64,000 bases of DNA from Mizuhopecten yessoensis (lineage: Eukaryota): positions 86,127 through 150,126 of the forward strand of contig NW_018479985.1 of assembly GCF_002113885.1 (NCBI RefSeq). Reading direction: 5' to 3'. This document shows positions 63,101 through 64,000 of this stretch, in pieces (position 1 is the stretch's first letter; the number at the start of each line of letters is the position of its first letter). A program made the position numbers and the translations under genes. The notes beneath the pieces were generated by a model. The model worked only from the letters and a program-made list of their open reading frames with translations. It was not told where the DNA came from and did not search any database.

Positions 63101-64000
63101 TAGCATGCTGGGATGAAGGGCTATCAAGTTTGTTCAAATGAATGACCTTGGCCCACTTTCAAGGTCACAGGGGTCAAATGTCGTACATTCTTCAAACAAC
63201 TTGTCAATAACGAAAAGGCACAGGGTACTGATATTTGGCCTGTAGCATGCTGGGATAAAGGGCTATCAAGTTTGTTCAAATGAATGACCTTGCCCTACTT
63301 TCCAGGTCACAGAAGTGTGAACATCTTCAAACAACTTCTTCTCAATAACCAATAGCATGCTGGGATGAAGGACTACCAAGTTTGTTCAAATAGATGATTT
63401 GACCCACTTTCAAGGTCGCAGGGTTCAAATGTAAAATTTTCAAACACCTTCTCAATAACCAAAAGGCCCAGGGTACTGATATTTGGCCTGTAGCATGCTG
63501 GGATGAAGGGCTACCAAGGTTGTTCAAATAGATGACCTTGACCCACTTTCAAGGTCACAGGGGTCAAAGTAAAATCTTCAAACAACTTCTTCTCAATAAC
63601 CAATAGCATGCTGGGATGAAGGACTACCAAGTTTGTTCAAATAGATGATTTGACCCACTTTCAAGGTCACAGGGTTCAAATGTAAAATTTTCAAACACCT
63701 TCTCAATAACCAAAAGGCCCAGGGTACTGATATTTGGCCTGTAGCATGCTGGGATAAAGGGTTAACAAGTTTGTTCAAACTAATGACCTTGACCAACTTT
63801 AAAGGTCACAGGGGTCAAATGTCTTAAAATCTTCAAACATCTTCTCAATAACCAAAAGGCCAAGGGTACTGATATAAGGCCCGTAGCATTCTTGGATGAA
63901 AGACTGCCAAGTTTGTCCAAATGAATGACCTTGACCTACTTTCAAGGTCACATGGTCAAATTTCTTAAAATCTTCAAACGACTTCTTCTCAATAACCAAA
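63101..64000. repeat. ~140-bp HINE/BIV160-like satellite array (continues beyond window)
   Basis: tagcat unit starts at 63101, 63243, 63353, 63491, 63604, 63742, 63884; gaccttgacc..tttcaaggtcacaggggtcaaa and cttctc motifs typical of bivalve HINE central repeats. Confidence 0.85.

Overview
AT-rich eukaryotic (animal) genomic DNA, most likely a bivalve mollusc. That call is inferred from recalled repeat families (HINE/Helentron-type elements, a V-domain tRNA-SINE, TA/TTAA MITEs) and was not checked against a database. The only well-supported gene is the 3' part of a plus-strand RGS3-like (R4/B-family regulator of G-protein signalling) gene. It has five GT-AG exons (50886-51599, 56490-56695, 57054-57205, 57667-57830, 58038-58220) that splice in frame to 472 aa ending in a complete RGS domain. 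The predicted ~1.6-1.9 kb 3'UTR contains an 11-copy 46-bp array whose unit holds two small hairpins. A candidate first coding exon (ACC-ATG-AGG|GTAAGT, 10431-10436) would make most of the window one ~40-kb intron. The rest is non-coding. About a quarter is made of ~20 mostly unrelated minisatellites. There are also non-autonomous DNA transposons with TIRs and TSDs (a 3.05-kb CpG-rich PIF/Harbinger-like element, two Tc1/mariner/pogo-type, one Kolobok-type, two 83-bp TTAA MITEs), SINEs, HINE remnants, a 149-bp near-perfect palindrome and a probable uncollapsed haplotype pair. No CRISPR array, rRNA, intact tRNA or transposase ORF was found. Nearly all ORFs in the supplied track are repeat-derived or random. 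I found no clear novel multi-gene system; the best leads are the 3'UTR hairpin array, the distant first exon and several repeat-evolution signatures.
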